Made by a program: the position numbers and the translations under genes. Of a stretch of 37,368 bases of DNA, positions 1 to 11,120 are shown one piece after another (position 1 is the first letter of the stretch; every line of letters begins with the position of its first letter). The notes under the pieces were generated by a model. The model did no database searches and was not told the origin of the DNA. It saw only the letters and a program-made list of their open reading frames with translations. The stretch is from Catajapyx aquilonaris (Eukaryota), in the NCBI GenBank assembly GCA_000934665.2, contig JYFJ02003885.1, forward strand, positions 1-37,368, read 5' to 3'.

Positions 1-360
1 TGATTTCAAATCTGAAGTCGGTTTTCCTCTACATGCTCTAGTTTTCATGCAATTTGAAACTTGTGATTTTCGGGGGGGGAAAGGACACTCATTGCTATTT
101 ACACTGGGGATAGCTTTAGAATTAGGCTTAGAGGTACCATATCATGCTCGGCTTGATGAAACAGTTCGTGAAAGCATTAAGTACTGATGGTGAATGTTTT
201 CTAGGATCACAATATGCATTCAGTTTGAAAAAAGTAACAAATATTGAAAAAGAATGTCCCAATCTTAAAACCCTAAAAGTCGAAAACTTGTACACATATC
301 TAAATGATTTAAGTTTTTAAATGTTAAGAAATGTCTAAAGTTTTGGTCTCACCTTAGTTT

Positions 361-381
361 AATAATAATAATAAAAATAAA

Positions 382-420
<39 letters not shown>

Positions 421-708
421 TTGTACCCCGTGCTAGAGCCATGGGCTCTCTTAGGGGGGTGGGATACCACCATATTGTTTTTATCTGGAACTCTTGCTTT
501 TGTTTTACTTCTCGTATATGGGGATGGGATAGAGAAGAAAGGAAGCAGCTGTGGCCTATAATTATGGACACGACCCCGGAATTTTCCTGGTGAGACCATG
601 GGAAACCACAGAAAACCACGGTCAGGGTCGGCGGCCACCGGGATTCGAACCCAGGACCTCCCGATTAGCAGTCGGATACCATATCCCTTCCGCTACCACT
701 GCTTAGGT
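361..708 (-). mobile_element. tRNA-derived SINE, family 1, copy 1, with (TTA)n tail
   Basis: 15-bp TSD GTCTCACCTTAGTTT at 346-360 and 709-723. B box GGTTCGAATCC on the minus strand. Body homologous to copies at 7130, 16283 and 29690. The (AAT)n run at 361-420 is the 3' tail. Confidence 0.93.
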
Positions 709-723
709 GTCTCACCTTAGTTT

Positions 724-1037
724 GTTTCGATATGAGCTTCATTGGTTGCTCGAAAAATAAAAAATATGGTATTCGGTCTCGAGCCAAACCCGCTCAATGG
801 TATCTGGAGATACTGCTGTGACCCTAACCCGTAGGTGCTGGAAGATGATTGGTCTGTACACCACAAATATTGTTCTTGATGATGCACATGAAAAGTAGCC
901 TCATACAAACAAACCTGCCGTAGGAAAGTTTCACTCGTTCAGCCTCCCAGTGTGCAAAGTCTTGAAAAAGAATTTTCCCAATGCCTAGCCCCCCAGAAGC
1001 CCATGTCTGACCCCAATTGACATTTTTGTGCAGATAC
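724..1037 (-). pseudogene. Degraded Tc1/mariner (Tc3/maT-like) transposase C-terminal remnant
   Basis: Frameshifted fragments RLLFMCIIKNNI, SPDTIERVWLETEY and RATNEAHIE resemble the remembered DFFLWGxxK..VY / L.RVW.E..YR / CRATNGAHIE C-terminus of this group. Confidence 0.55.
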
Positions 1038-1166
1038 ACCTACGGCAGTGCTTCCCAATATTTTTTTGTCGTGCACCCCTTTTCAAATATGTCAAGACAG
1101 TTTGTACCCCCACTCCGATCCTGTTACCTAACAATAGTAATAATTGCGGGCACTTATACCAGTTAG

Positions 1167-1831
1167 CAGGGTTGGAAAAAAAACGTTGTTTTTTAACACC
1201 AAAAAACCAGTTTTTTTTGGTTTAAATTCATTTAAACAAGTTGTGACTTCTTATCATCTACATATGCCCATTCCCAACTCATAGTGAGGCAAATAATAAG
1301 TTATACTTTTGATTAAGAAATGTATCTTGCTCAAAATTATAATTATTCGGAAAATTGAAAGCTGAATCTCAAAATATGGTATTATTTTGAAAACTACAAT
1401 GTAGAGATTTCACACAGAAATGTTGCTTAAATATTTCAATATAAGTAAACATTAACAAATAACAAAATAGTGGCATTGTATAATAATACTGTACAATACT
1501 AAAACTAATTAACTTAACTTTTAACCTGAGTTCAAAAAGCACTAACAGTCTATCTTCTATGCCTCCAGCAGCCTTATGAATGATTTAAACATTGAAAGAT
1601 AAAATGATAAATGACTATACAATATACATACATATGTATACATACATTACATGCATACAATCACGGCATTTTCCCCAAAATACTGGGGTAGCCACTAGCC
1701 AGCGGATAACGGGATAAAATAACTAGAAATTTTAGCAGTAATTGGGATTACTTTTCATTTAAAAAACCATGATGGTTTTTTTTTAACAAACACTTGGTTT
1801 AAACCAATGTGGTTTAAACCAGCCAACCCTG
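1167..1831. mobile_element. Non-autonomous hAT element nested in the Buster element
   Basis: TIR CAGGGTTGG ... CCAACCCTG. Perfect 8-bp TSD CCAGTTAG (1159-1166, 1832-1839). Subterminal GGTTTAAA repeats. Confidence 0.9.
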
Positions 1832-1839
1832 CCAGTTAG

Positions 1840-2372
1840 TGTGATGGGCAAGTTTTCTTTCTTCCACACAATATTCTGGACAAATGGCGTCAATTTAAGC
1901 ATGAGATCTTTCTCAAAACAGAGTCGATGATCTAATTTTGTTTTCAGGGACGTTAATGCGTAAAAAATTGCTTCACATAAATAGCTAGTAGTACACATGG
2001 TATTAAATAATTCAGAGCACAGGTTGCTAGGCTAGATAGTCTTGAATTTTTCAGCCCAAAAAATCACAAGTGTTTTTTGGCACAAATTCAAAGAAACTTC
2101 CTTTCGTGGAAATTTTGATGATAATTTCCAATCCTGCATTGACATGCGCAAAAGTGGTAAAGAAATCTCCAATGGATTTCTGATCCAATTGACTGACATG
2201 TCCAATAATTGTCCATCTCAGGAAAATTATATCTAAACCGTTGCGCCAATTGATTATGTGCTCCAATGCAAGTATGTTGGCATTGAACACTGTCCTCCAC
2301 TGGCCCCTCTGCAGTTGTTTCGAAATTTGAAATTTCTGAGTTAACACTGTCATGGTGCTTCTTGAGTTTCAA
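1840..2372 (-). pseudogene. Buster-type hAT transposase remnant (C-terminal dimerisation region)
   Basis: TTSYLCEAIFYALTSLKTKLDHRLCFEKDLMLKL matches the Buster/ZBED5-like TTYLCExGFS..KTKYRNRL..E.DLRLKL motif. Upstream frameshifted pieces LQRG..TVFNA and LAQRFRYNFP. Confidence 0.8.
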
Positions 2373-3206
2373 TGCGCGTGCTGAATGAAAACAGCATCAG
2401 TCAAATTCTGTGTTTGGTAAATCTTCACTAAAATAATGCTAGGAACAATAATGGGAGTGAGTATGACAATTTTTTGTTTTTCTCAGAAATGGGTCAAAAT
2501 GGGTTCACAGCACTTAGGCCCTTTTCGTAACAACTGATTCAATTATTTTCCTAGCAGCCACATAACCCACGAATAGAGAAACTCCCACCACTACTACTGC
2601 GAAGAACATTCAGGCCACAACTGAGCAAGGTTCCATACACTGATGACTGATACACTAGAATGGCCGAATAAGTTGTTCTGCACCTGCTGGGAGACGTATA
2701 TCTACTTTGAAGTTCCACCGTGGTGCATACTGACCCTACATGGAACTAGAAGTAATCCCTTCATTTCTAGTCAGACACCCGATATATTTCCACTTCATTA
2801 TGTTCCATTAATCCTTATCGTCCTGGTCCCAAGTATTCTATCGTGAATCAGGATAATGGTTCTCACAAAATATAGAACGCGGATGCAATTTCCCAAAATC
2901 TTTCGCGTACCCCCAAAATTGTGTTCGCATACCCCCAGTGGTATGCATACCCCAGTTTGAAAACCATTGACCTACGGGAAAAGATTGCAATGGTAATGCC
3001 AGACATGAGACATCTGAGCTGGTTAGGCAAGACACCAATTACCATATTTACATTTGCCGAGCAACAAATGGAGCTCATATCGACGTACCTGCTCATGCTA
3101 GTCTTTACCCTGTCCGTCACTTGGCGTCGAAACTGTAGCACAGTGAAACTCATTTTCCTACTGGCCCTCGTAAATTGACCCGTGGTCAGAATGTTTTGGC
3201 AGATGG

Positions 3207-3817
3207 ATGTATGTGCTAGAGATTTTATTTAACTTACCTGTGTGATTATTATTCAATGCCAAAAGAAAATTGCATTTGCGCACTATTGGCCAATAAAAAG
3301 TTTATACCATAACATCTTTATGATAATAATTCCCAAAACATGGAAACTTAATGATGTGAAATATTCCAGAGTTTGGTGAAGCAGGTAATGCATGAGATTG
3401 CAAAAATGACTACTATAGATCGGTCAACATAAGAACGCAACAGAATGTGGTGCACAGGATGCAGTCCTGGAATGAGAAGTGATCTGTGCGTACGCACGAA
3501 ATGATCTGTTGTACATTACAATATTATTTCTGACACTGGCATGGCCATACAGATCACTTCTGATTCCAGTATTACATCCTGTGTGCCACGGCGATGCACA
3601 CTCGGTTGCATTCTTATGCTGACCAATCTATAGTGGCTCCTTGCAGTGGAGTATTGAATTGGGTATTTTACCTTGTCACAAAGTTTGATAAAAAATCTCA
3701 TTACCACTTCATCAAAGCTGTGACAGTACAACTTATTACACACGAGTACACAAATTTAATTTTAACTTGATATTTAATAATCACACAGGTACAAAATTTG
3801 TCCAGCACATACACATT
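3207..3817. mobile_element. Old inverted-repeat element, ends uncertain
   Basis: 16-bp perfect inverted repeat TACCTGTGTGATTATT (3235-3250) / AATAATCACACAGGTA (3776-3791), plus an outer degenerate ATGTATGTGCT / AGCACATACA match. Confidence 0.4.
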
Positions 3818-3894
3818 ACAACCAGTATTTCACCAGTAATTATTTCCACATTAGTGAAGCAAAAATGTTACATTATTATTTAATCATGCTTTCG

Positions 3895-4055
3895 ACATGG
3901 TGGTGTAGGGGTTAGCAACACAGCCTTCCACCTCTGCGGTCCCAAGTTTGATCCCCCAGGTTAGACAACATGTGGATCTAGTTTCGATGGGTTCTCTCCA
4001 TGTTCACATGGGTTCTCTCGGGACTCTCCCATTTCCTCCCACAATCAAAACCCAT
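3895..4055 (+). mobile_element. Old tRNA-derived SINE with V-SINE-like core
   Basis: A box TGGTGTAGGGG and degenerate B box AGTTTGATCCC, followed by GGGTTCTCTCGGGACTCTCCCATTTCCTCCCAC resembling the V-SINE core as remembered. Confidence 0.65.
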
Positions 4056-4227
4056 CAGATCACAAGCAATGATTAACCCCTTCACCCCGAGCTACCTAAA
4101 ATCTATGCTATTAGACCTTGACCACAGAGTATCAGCTATTAAGTCATTTTTTCTATTATAATCCAGCTATATTTTCCTTTGTGCAAGCCAATTATGGGCT
4201 GTGCTATGTCCAAAATGCTCGATTTCG

Positions 4228-4286
4228 ACTCAGGGGCCACCTCACACCCCCTGGGGGTACAGGTACCCCTGGTTAGGAACCCCTGG
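4228..4286. mobile_element. Solo hAT-like terminus
   Basis: GGGGTACAGGTACCCCTGGTTAGGAACCCCTG has the same architecture as the Buster end at 2935-2969. Partner end not found. Confidence 0.5.
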
Positions 4287-5262
4287 CCTAGAAAATAAAG
4301 AGTAGATAAAAACCTATAAATCCGTTCTCTCATTATGACACATTGACAGTTGGCGATTTGATGATGTGACGCAGTTGCAGTGTGCCTTTGTGCAGCCCCC
4401 CCCCCCCCCCCCCNCCCCTCCTGTCCCAGCTCACTAAAAACAAAAGTAACATAAATTTGGATTATAATGCAGTGGCAACTAATCCTACACTTCCTGGCAA
4501 TATACCTACACTGCTCTGTTAGGCAATTAACAGAGAGAAATCTCATAGGAAAATATTTTCGGTAAGGTCGACACACGAAATATAGAGGCCATGTGTCTTG
4601 TCCCTCTAGGTATGTCATGCTCTGACTTTTATGCTAATAGCATAAATAAAATTCCCTCACCCATGTGATATGCATCATTCAATAGTGCAAGGAGAAAGTA
4701 TTGCCTTACAAACATTTAAAATTAAATTTAAAAGATTTTACTTTAATAATTTATTATATGGCAATATGTTGTCCCCAACATGTTGTGCCAATCCCATCAC
4801 ATTGAATGTACTATTTAAATGCACCGCCTAGAGGTGGCCTAGAGCGACATGGGCGTGAAAACCTCTACATCTGGTAACCCTGATGCCAGGCAACATAGCT
4901 GGCTTTGAGTTGGTGTATTTGATTATGACGTGATGTGGATGTTTTCAGCACAGACCTGTAAACAGTAGGTGAGTACCTTTATTGCTGGTCAACACACTAA
5001 AGCACAATTATGCATGATGGAAGAGCAATACATGCAAACAGCCACATACATAGGTAGACCACATAACTCTGGATCTATGATCGCTTCATTTGTCCCAATT
5101 GTGTTACTCAGTCACAGAAAATCGTTCTTTCCCTGTGAAACTGTCACCCCTGTAATGGTCAACCCTGTAATGAGTCAAGTCGTTACTGAGTTGACCTAGC
5201 TTGAATAAAGATCACGATGGAATCTGAAAGTGCAGTAGTTACTTTTTTGTCCCATTTATTAA

Positions 5263-6074
5263 CCCTGGAACCGTGCCGTGGGGTCTTTTTGGACCCCAAG
5301 GAATAAAACGCATTAAAATGACAATTACAATGAACTTTTGCCATTTTTTTACAGTATATAACAGGAAGTGCAGGTTTATTTTGAATTAGCGATCATTTTA
5401 GGCATTGTTCAAAGAATTATTGTATACTGGGTGTAAATGAATTCAGCCGACAAACTTGTAGGGGTAATAGAGGAGACCAAGACAAACATATTTGACATAG
5501 GAAACCCTGTCCGGAAACGCCATCTAGAGGGGGTTCATAGACAAGGAAAGGGTGCGCTCAGACGCGTCAGGCTGGCGGCGTTAGCGAGCGGACCGTTTAG
5601 TTGCTAGGTGGCGGGCGGATTGTACACAACTTTGCATTTCGCCATAACCTGGCAACAACAGAGTTGTTGTTTATTATCTGCGCACTACCTAGCATGCTGA
5701 CTTTACTTGCTAGGTGGCTCTGTTGTTGCCAGGTGATGGTGAATTGCAAAGTTGTGTACAATCTGCCCACCACCTAGCAACTAAACGGTCCGCTCGCTAA
5801 CGCCGCCAGCCTGACACGTCTGAGCACACCCGTTCCTTGTCTATGAACCCCCTCTAGATGGCGTTTCCGGACACGGTTTCCTATGTCAAATATGTTTGTC
5901 TTGGTCCCCTCTATTACCCCTACAAGTTTGTCGGCTGAATTCATTTACACCCTGTATAGTCAATACATTGAGAAGTATTATATAATAATTAATTCAAATA
6001 AAAATATGGTGGGGTCCGAAAAGACCCCACGACACGGTTGCCGTAATACTTTCAGGCACGGCACTGTTCCAGGG
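5263..6074. mobile_element. piggyBac-type MITE
   Basis: TTAA at 5259-5262 and 6075-6078. TIR CCCTGGAAC ... GTTCCAGGG. Subterminal inverted GTGGGGTCTTTT / AAAAGACCCCAC. Confidence 0.9.
5427..5954. mobile_element. Long fold-back Tc1/mariner-type MITE nested in the piggyBac MITE
   Basis: TA flanks. C(T/A)GGGTG ... CACCCTG termini. Inverted arms of ~237 bp (about 5427-5663 and 5718-5954) with a short spacer. Confidence 0.88.
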
Positions 6075-6260
6075 TTAACACAAGAAAGTTTGTGGATAGG
6101 TAATGTGATAAATTAATAACAAAAAGCTTAAATTGTCAACTCTGTTATGCATCTGTCAACTCTGTCACAACAGTGTTTACTGGTCAAGTCCAATTTATTT
6201 CAATGAATATACACCAATTTTTTTTTCCACTTTATAATTAATACGCTTACTGTATACTAA

Positions 6261-6330
6261 GGCCGGGCTGCACCGGCCCCCGGAAAATTTGTCTGGCCGA
6301 TAAAGACCCAGGTTAATTTGCAACCCTGCC
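6261..6330. mobile_element. PIF/Harbinger-type mini-MITE
   Basis: TAA TSD (6258-6260, 6331-6333). TIR GGCCGGGCTGCA vs GGCAGGGTTGCA (10/12). Related half-elements near 7930 and 23902. Confidence 0.6.
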
Positions 6331-6416
6331 TAAGCCTACTTCAGCACTGCAAAGTTCTTTTCTCACTGCTACCAATATTGGCATGTCTATAGGCAGCCTG
6401 TCCATAAATTCTAATA

Positions 6417-7021
6417 CAGTAAAACTTCTATAAGTCGAACTTCCCTAAGTCGAAGTTCTCTATAAGTCGAAGAAAATGATGAGCTTGGTTGGTCACAATG
6501 TAAAATAATAGGAAATAAACTTCCCTAACTCGAATTTCTATAACTCGAAGTTCTCCATAACTCGAAGTTCTCCATAACTCGAAGTGCAGGCAGGGTCTTA
6601 CGATGGGATATCAATGCATTTTCAGTCTCCATAAGTCAAAGTTCATGTTGGCGAGTAAGGAAAATTGTCTCATTTCCCAACCCGAATGGTCGAGAGTAGG
6701 CCACACGTACAGAAAGGCTCAATTTCCTCATCTCCGACTACCAGACGTACCGAAAGAAGTGTTTGACTCGATTGTGACAATTGAATCCTTGAATCTAAGA
6801 GTAGGCAAATGTCCATAACGGAGATTTCTTTACAACAAAACAACGAGGAACATTGTAAGTGTGATAGTGAGAGTTATTTTTAAGTTTTGAACACCTTTTG
6901 TGGCTGGCTAAAATGGTGGCTTCTGTGCTTTAAAAACATCCAAACTTCTCTAACTCGAATCTTCTATAACTCGAAGTTTTTTTCAGGTCCCATGGAGATT
7001 CGACTTATAGAAGTTTTACTG
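6417..7021. mobile_element. Tigger/pogo-type MITE
   Basis: TA TSD. Perfect 23-bp TIR CAGTAAAACTTCTATAAGTCGAA. Many internal TAA(G/C)TCGAA repeats. Confidence 0.92.
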
Positions 7022-7129
7022 TATATGTGTTACAGGGTTGACATTTCTCAATAGGTTTGTTAACATTTTTCATTGTCATTTGCAACACATGGGTCATGCT
7101 GCGTGCCCACTCTATTATGCAATGCCACA

Positions 7130-7407
7130 ACCGAAGCAGGTTGGCATAGTGGATAAGGCGTCCGACTGCTTATCGGGAGGTCCTGGGTTCGAATCCCGGG
7201 GCCGGGAACTCTGACAGTGGTTTTCTGTGGTTTCCCACGGTCCTTCCAGGAAAGTTTCGGAGTTGCTTCCGTAATTCACAGGCCACAGCCGCTTCCTTCC
7301 GTCCCTATCCTATCCCAAAGAGCATAGTAAAATGAAAAGCAAAGAGTTCCAGCCAAAACAAACTTCCCCCCTAAAGAGCCGATGGCTGATAACGGGGTAT
7401 GAATTAT
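7130..7407 (+). mobile_element. tRNA-derived SINE, family 1, copy 2
   Basis: 17-bp TSD TATTATGCAATGCCACA (7113-7129, 7408-7424). A box TGGCATAGTGG, B box GGTTCGAATCC. Near-identical to the copy at 16283. Confidence 0.95.
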
Positions 7408-7427
7408 TATTATGCAATGCCACATAC

Positions 7428-7803
7428 GTCATAGAATACTAAGGTCTGGACCTTGGTCTGGACACTCACACTTACCGCCTGTCAGGGCGTTTTGCATGAG
7501 GTGCTCACCTGAGAGCGCATGAGACCTTTCACTGCACTCTTATGTGGCGACCCTACTGGACTACGCTGAACTTTACAGGTACAAAAGGGAAGCGCTACAT
7601 GTGGACCCATCATGGCCGCCGGCAACCATGTTGGGTCCCCCAATGTAGCGCTTCCCTTTTGCACCTATAAAGTTCAGCGTAGTCCAGTAGGGTCGCCACA
7701 TACGAGTGCAGTGAAAGGTCTCATGCGCTCTCAGGTGAGCACCTCATGCAAAACGCCCTGACAGGCGATAAGATCAGAACGTAGAGGTAGTGTCCGGGGG
7801 CTG
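7428..7803 (-). mobile_element. Palindromic-core element (PAL), subfamily A, copy 1
   Basis: ~300-bp near-perfect palindrome 7471-7772 centred on GCCGGC. 8-bp TSD CCACATAC (7420-7427, 7804-7811). The end GTGTCCGGGGGCTG is shared with the other copies. Strand label is an arbitrary orientation. Confidence 0.85.
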
Positions 7804-8091
7804 CCACATACTGAGGGGGAACCCCCCACCAATAAATCATGTAATTTCAAAACACTTCATTTGCCTGGAAACGTCTATGAGAAATGTGCCAGTTCTGGGA
7901 GCATCCCCCATAGTTTGCACGACTGGCTTAGGCCCAGTTGCATGACTGAAGCTAGTTAACCACAGGTTTGTCTTTGTTACTTCCACCATCAATGAACCCA
8001 GCAAATAACAATCAGCCCTTCATTAAAGGTATACTTTCAGTACTGAAGTAGGCATAACCAGCCATGTTAAAAGTGGATACCCTGTATTTAC

Positions 8092-8169
8092 CCACTCTCC
8101 TTAGGCCCATACTCGGAGGCATGCCACCAAGCTATCCGTGTTACCAGCAACCTGATTAATAAGAAACAC
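8092..8169 (-). other. Candidate second exon of a minus-strand host gene (possible start MPPSMGLRRV)
   Basis: Long polypyrimidine tract plus AG acceptor at 8170-8171 (alternative at 8152-8153), ATG at 8122, donor G|GTAAAT at 8092/8091. No downstream exon identified. Confidence 0.3.
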
Positions 8170-8286
8170 CTAATACAAAAAAGAAGAAAAAAAAAAAAAA
8201 ACTCCAATTCCCAGCCATTCGTAGCGTTCGATGCAGGCAAGTACAACGCGGCCGTTACTCAAACCATGTGCTTGGGCAGTACTGAC

Positions 8287-8700
8287 CTCAGCTGTTGACT
8301 CCAGTGTCCGGTCCAGCTGGTACGGAGCGGGGAATTAGCACAACGGCACTTAGAACATCAGGCGGGCGGGAAAACGGCAGCAACACGTGAACCCGGCGCT
8401 CGCCATGACAGTGTTTAAGGTGCTTCAGATACATAGCCGGTAGGGGCGCTTGGGTACTTGGCGGGAAGCAATGGCGGGAAGGCCTGCTCGCAACAGCGCC
8501 ATCTGCACCAACAATCTGCACCAAATTGTGCCCAGTTAACAGTTACTGCCGATACGGTAGTTTACACTGTATGCCACATGCCACGGCGCGGCGCGGCGTG
8601 CCACGGTATGCCAAGTACGGTACTCGACTAGCAGCGAGGAGGGAGGAGGATCGGCCGACGAAGGGAAGGAGGACCGCCTATTCCTAATGTAGTGTAGGGT
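8287..8700 (-). promoter_or_regulatory. CpG-rich putative promoter / non-coding first exon with E2F-type motifs
   Basis: Local GC/CpG enrichment. Three GGCGGGAA motifs (8365, 8460, 8473). CAGCGCCATCTG CTCF-like motif (8494-8505). Minus-strand donor GAG|GTCAGT at 8287/8286. Confidence 0.45.
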
Positions 8701-9860
8701 ACTGTCTGTATATCCCCAAAAAAAAAATCCAGATCGGGTTGCTACGGGGAATCAAGGCTCAAATCTGTCCTTAGTGTTAGTTATTATCGATCCTCGCCTT
8801 TCGTTCTTACTAAATGGATTACACAAGTGCAACCTGTGTTAGTAATAATGTACTGAGCGAAATAAATAAGTACCTACGGAGTCGCCAATAATAATAAGGT
8901 ATATTACTAAGTAAAGGAGTCGCACTACTTTTGCATCAATTGATGAGTAATGGGGTTAGTTTGTGACGCATAAGTGCTATATATGTTTACCCCTAAGTGC
9001 AAAAAAAAAACGATCAACTCAAAATATTCCGTCAATAAGTTACATATGCTGTATTCTGTATACAGTAGGGCCTAACATACCGGTACATACATACATGCCC
9101 TGTAAAATGGGCAGACATCACTGACGATGGAGATATGAACCTAACACAAATAAAATTAATGTTACTATAATATAGGCTACATGGCTCCTTTCAGGTTGTT
9201 TCGCTTGCTCCCATGTGTAATAAATGGTTCAATGGCTAGTCAACCTTTTTGGTAAAATATATTTTTTCGCTGGCTATGGTCCTGGTGCACTGCAGCCAGA
9301 AATCATTTTCTGTTGGAAAATGAGCAATAAGCTTAGTTATTCATATTGTTGACACCATTGCCCTTTTCCAGACCCAAAAATGCTTCTGGCAACTAGACTT
9401 ACATGAATTACATATTTACAGACTACTGAAATAAATAAAAATAAATTAGGAGGAATCATTTAATTCAAATGAATTGGGCAAGGAAAATGCTGGCTAATTT
9501 TAGACACATCATAGAAATTACTTCCTGAAAATTACTTCTGATTCATTTACAACTTCCAAGTGTTATAAAGTTATAATTTGTGTTTAACGCAGGGCAGGAG
9601 AACATCATTTACCCAAGCAGCAAATTATTAAAATAACGTTCTATGTGAATATTCTGGGATGTTCAGTGAACATCAATAAGAGAATAATATTCAGCACTGG
9701 ATAATGTACCGTATTTTGTCCAATGTCAACATTCAATGTCATATAGTCTACAGGGTGATCCCAAACATAGAAAACACTTTAGACAAAGAAAGGTTCCATT
9801 TCACTTAAACTTACATGAATTACGCTGTAATTAAATTCACATTTATTCCATAATCTTATA

Positions 9861-10117
9861 CATATAAAAGGCAAAGTCTGTCGGTTTGTCCCGTTTCCGT
9901 CCCCCCTTTACCACCCTACTCTACCGTGGCAACGGATTTCCATGATTTTAATGATTAATACAGTATTAGACTATATACAACGATTGGTTGTTTCCTGATT
10001 CGTTGTGTCCATAGTAACGTCAACACAACACCATGGCAACAATGGTACTCAACAATATCAATGGTGCCATGGTAAACGCCTGGGACAAACATACAAACAA
10101 ACTTTGCCGTTTATATG
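9861..10117. mobile_element. Inverted-repeat element with Helentron/DINE-like ends
   Basis: CATATAAAAGGCAAAGT vs ACTTTGCCGTTTATATG (16/17 inverted), each next to a short (GTYT)n-like tract. Internal CCATGGCAAC-like repeats. Confidence 0.55.
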
Positions 10118-10192
10118 CCGGTATAGGCTATATAAGATTTCAACCACTGCACTGTTTTGGTTTCCTTGAAAAATCTCATTGATTGGGCTAAC

Positions 10193-10341
10193 CAAGGGGG
10201 TAATCACTTCGGTACTCCGGTGTACACCTGGGAGTGGTACTCCCTGGTACTCCTTAGGCACCTCACTCTTTATTACTCCGTGGTACTCCTTGAATTTGGT
10301 ACTCCAGTGTACACTTTTCAGTCGAGTGATTACCCCCCTTG
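10193..10341. mobile_element. Small MITE, Harbinger-like
   Basis: TIR GGGGGTAATCACT ... AGTGATTACCCCC. Five internal GGTACTCC repeats. TSD unclear. Confidence 0.65.
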
Positions 10342-10903
10342 AGCTAACCGAATCATTTTGGTTGGTGCGTATGCGACTATATTTGTATTGGACGACAACG
10401 AAACTTGTGTATTTGGCCGGTTACGTAAAACAATGTTTTGGGAGGACCAATTTGATTGAATGAAACACTATTTTGGTTCAATGCTCAACTAAAAGAAATG
10501 CTGTACCTGCCATACCACGAGCTTGCCATACTTACTATATAATTTATAGTACCAAGAGCTCTTGATAGTACGTACAGTACGTAGCCTACAAGAAGGAGCC
10601 CCGAATGATTTGCCATAATTAACTGGAATAACAACATGAGGGAATTACGTAGTTACGATTAATTTTGCAAATATTTATAATAAGTCGTAATGAAGCAGAG
10701 CAATTATTCATCCAGAAAAAAACTTCACGCACTCGAATTTTTCTGTAAGTTATGCCTTGTTAAGGGATATGGCCAACTAATCTACTAATGGATATACATA
10801 CGTTATACCAAAATAGAAAATTCCAAATTCCCACTGCACCCTCTTATCACCCTCCCTGCGCCTGATGCATCACTTCTATCACCTAATATTGACATTGACA
10901 TTG

Positions 10904-11120
10904 GGGCAATTCCATGGCGCAGCCGTCCGTACGTAACGCAAGTGTTGCCTACGTGCACAAGAGTATTTTATTATAACAATGCCAGGATGCATGCACTGCA
11001 TCTGCATGCTTAATCCATTTCATGTAATGTGTGGGTATTGTTACAATAAAATACGCTAGTACATGTCTGCAAAACCTGCGTTACGTACGGACAATATGGC
11101 CGCCTTTCGTGGAATTGCCC
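10904..11120. mobile_element. MITE with GGGCAATTCCA termini (Harbinger/ISL2EU-like)
   Basis: TIR GGGCAATTCCA ... TGGAATTGCCC. Internal inverted GTCCGTACGTAACGCA / TGCGTTACGTACGGAC. ATTG on both flanks. Confidence 0.75.

Larger units (their letters stand above)
1046..2969 (-). mobile_element. hAT (Buster/Charlie-type) element, defective
   Basis: Termini CAGTGCTTCCCAA ... TTGAAAACCATTG. Perfect 8-bp TSD ACCTACGG (1038-1045, 2970-2977) with central TA, typical of Buster elements. Internal transposase remnants. Confidence 0.9.

Noticed and set aside
354..638. Poly-L / poly-Y ORFs
   Set aside because: Translations of the SINE and its (TTA)n tail.
914..1039. Host exon VYLHKNVNWGQ... with apparent splice sites
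   Set aside because: Adjacent frames carry Tc1/mariner transposase motifs, so it is better explained as a transposase relic.
4396..4420. Poly-C run with an N
   Set aside because: Homopolymer with assembly uncertainty and no structural signal.
6417..6600. CRISPR-like short repeat array (TAACTCGAA)
   Set aside because: Irregular subterminal repeats of a Tigger-type MITE in a eukaryotic context, with no spacers or cas genes.
7135..7210. tRNA gene (also at 16288, 30200-30270, 36125)
   Set aside because: These are heads of SINEs: they are followed by a shared non-tRNA body and tail and enclosed by TSDs.
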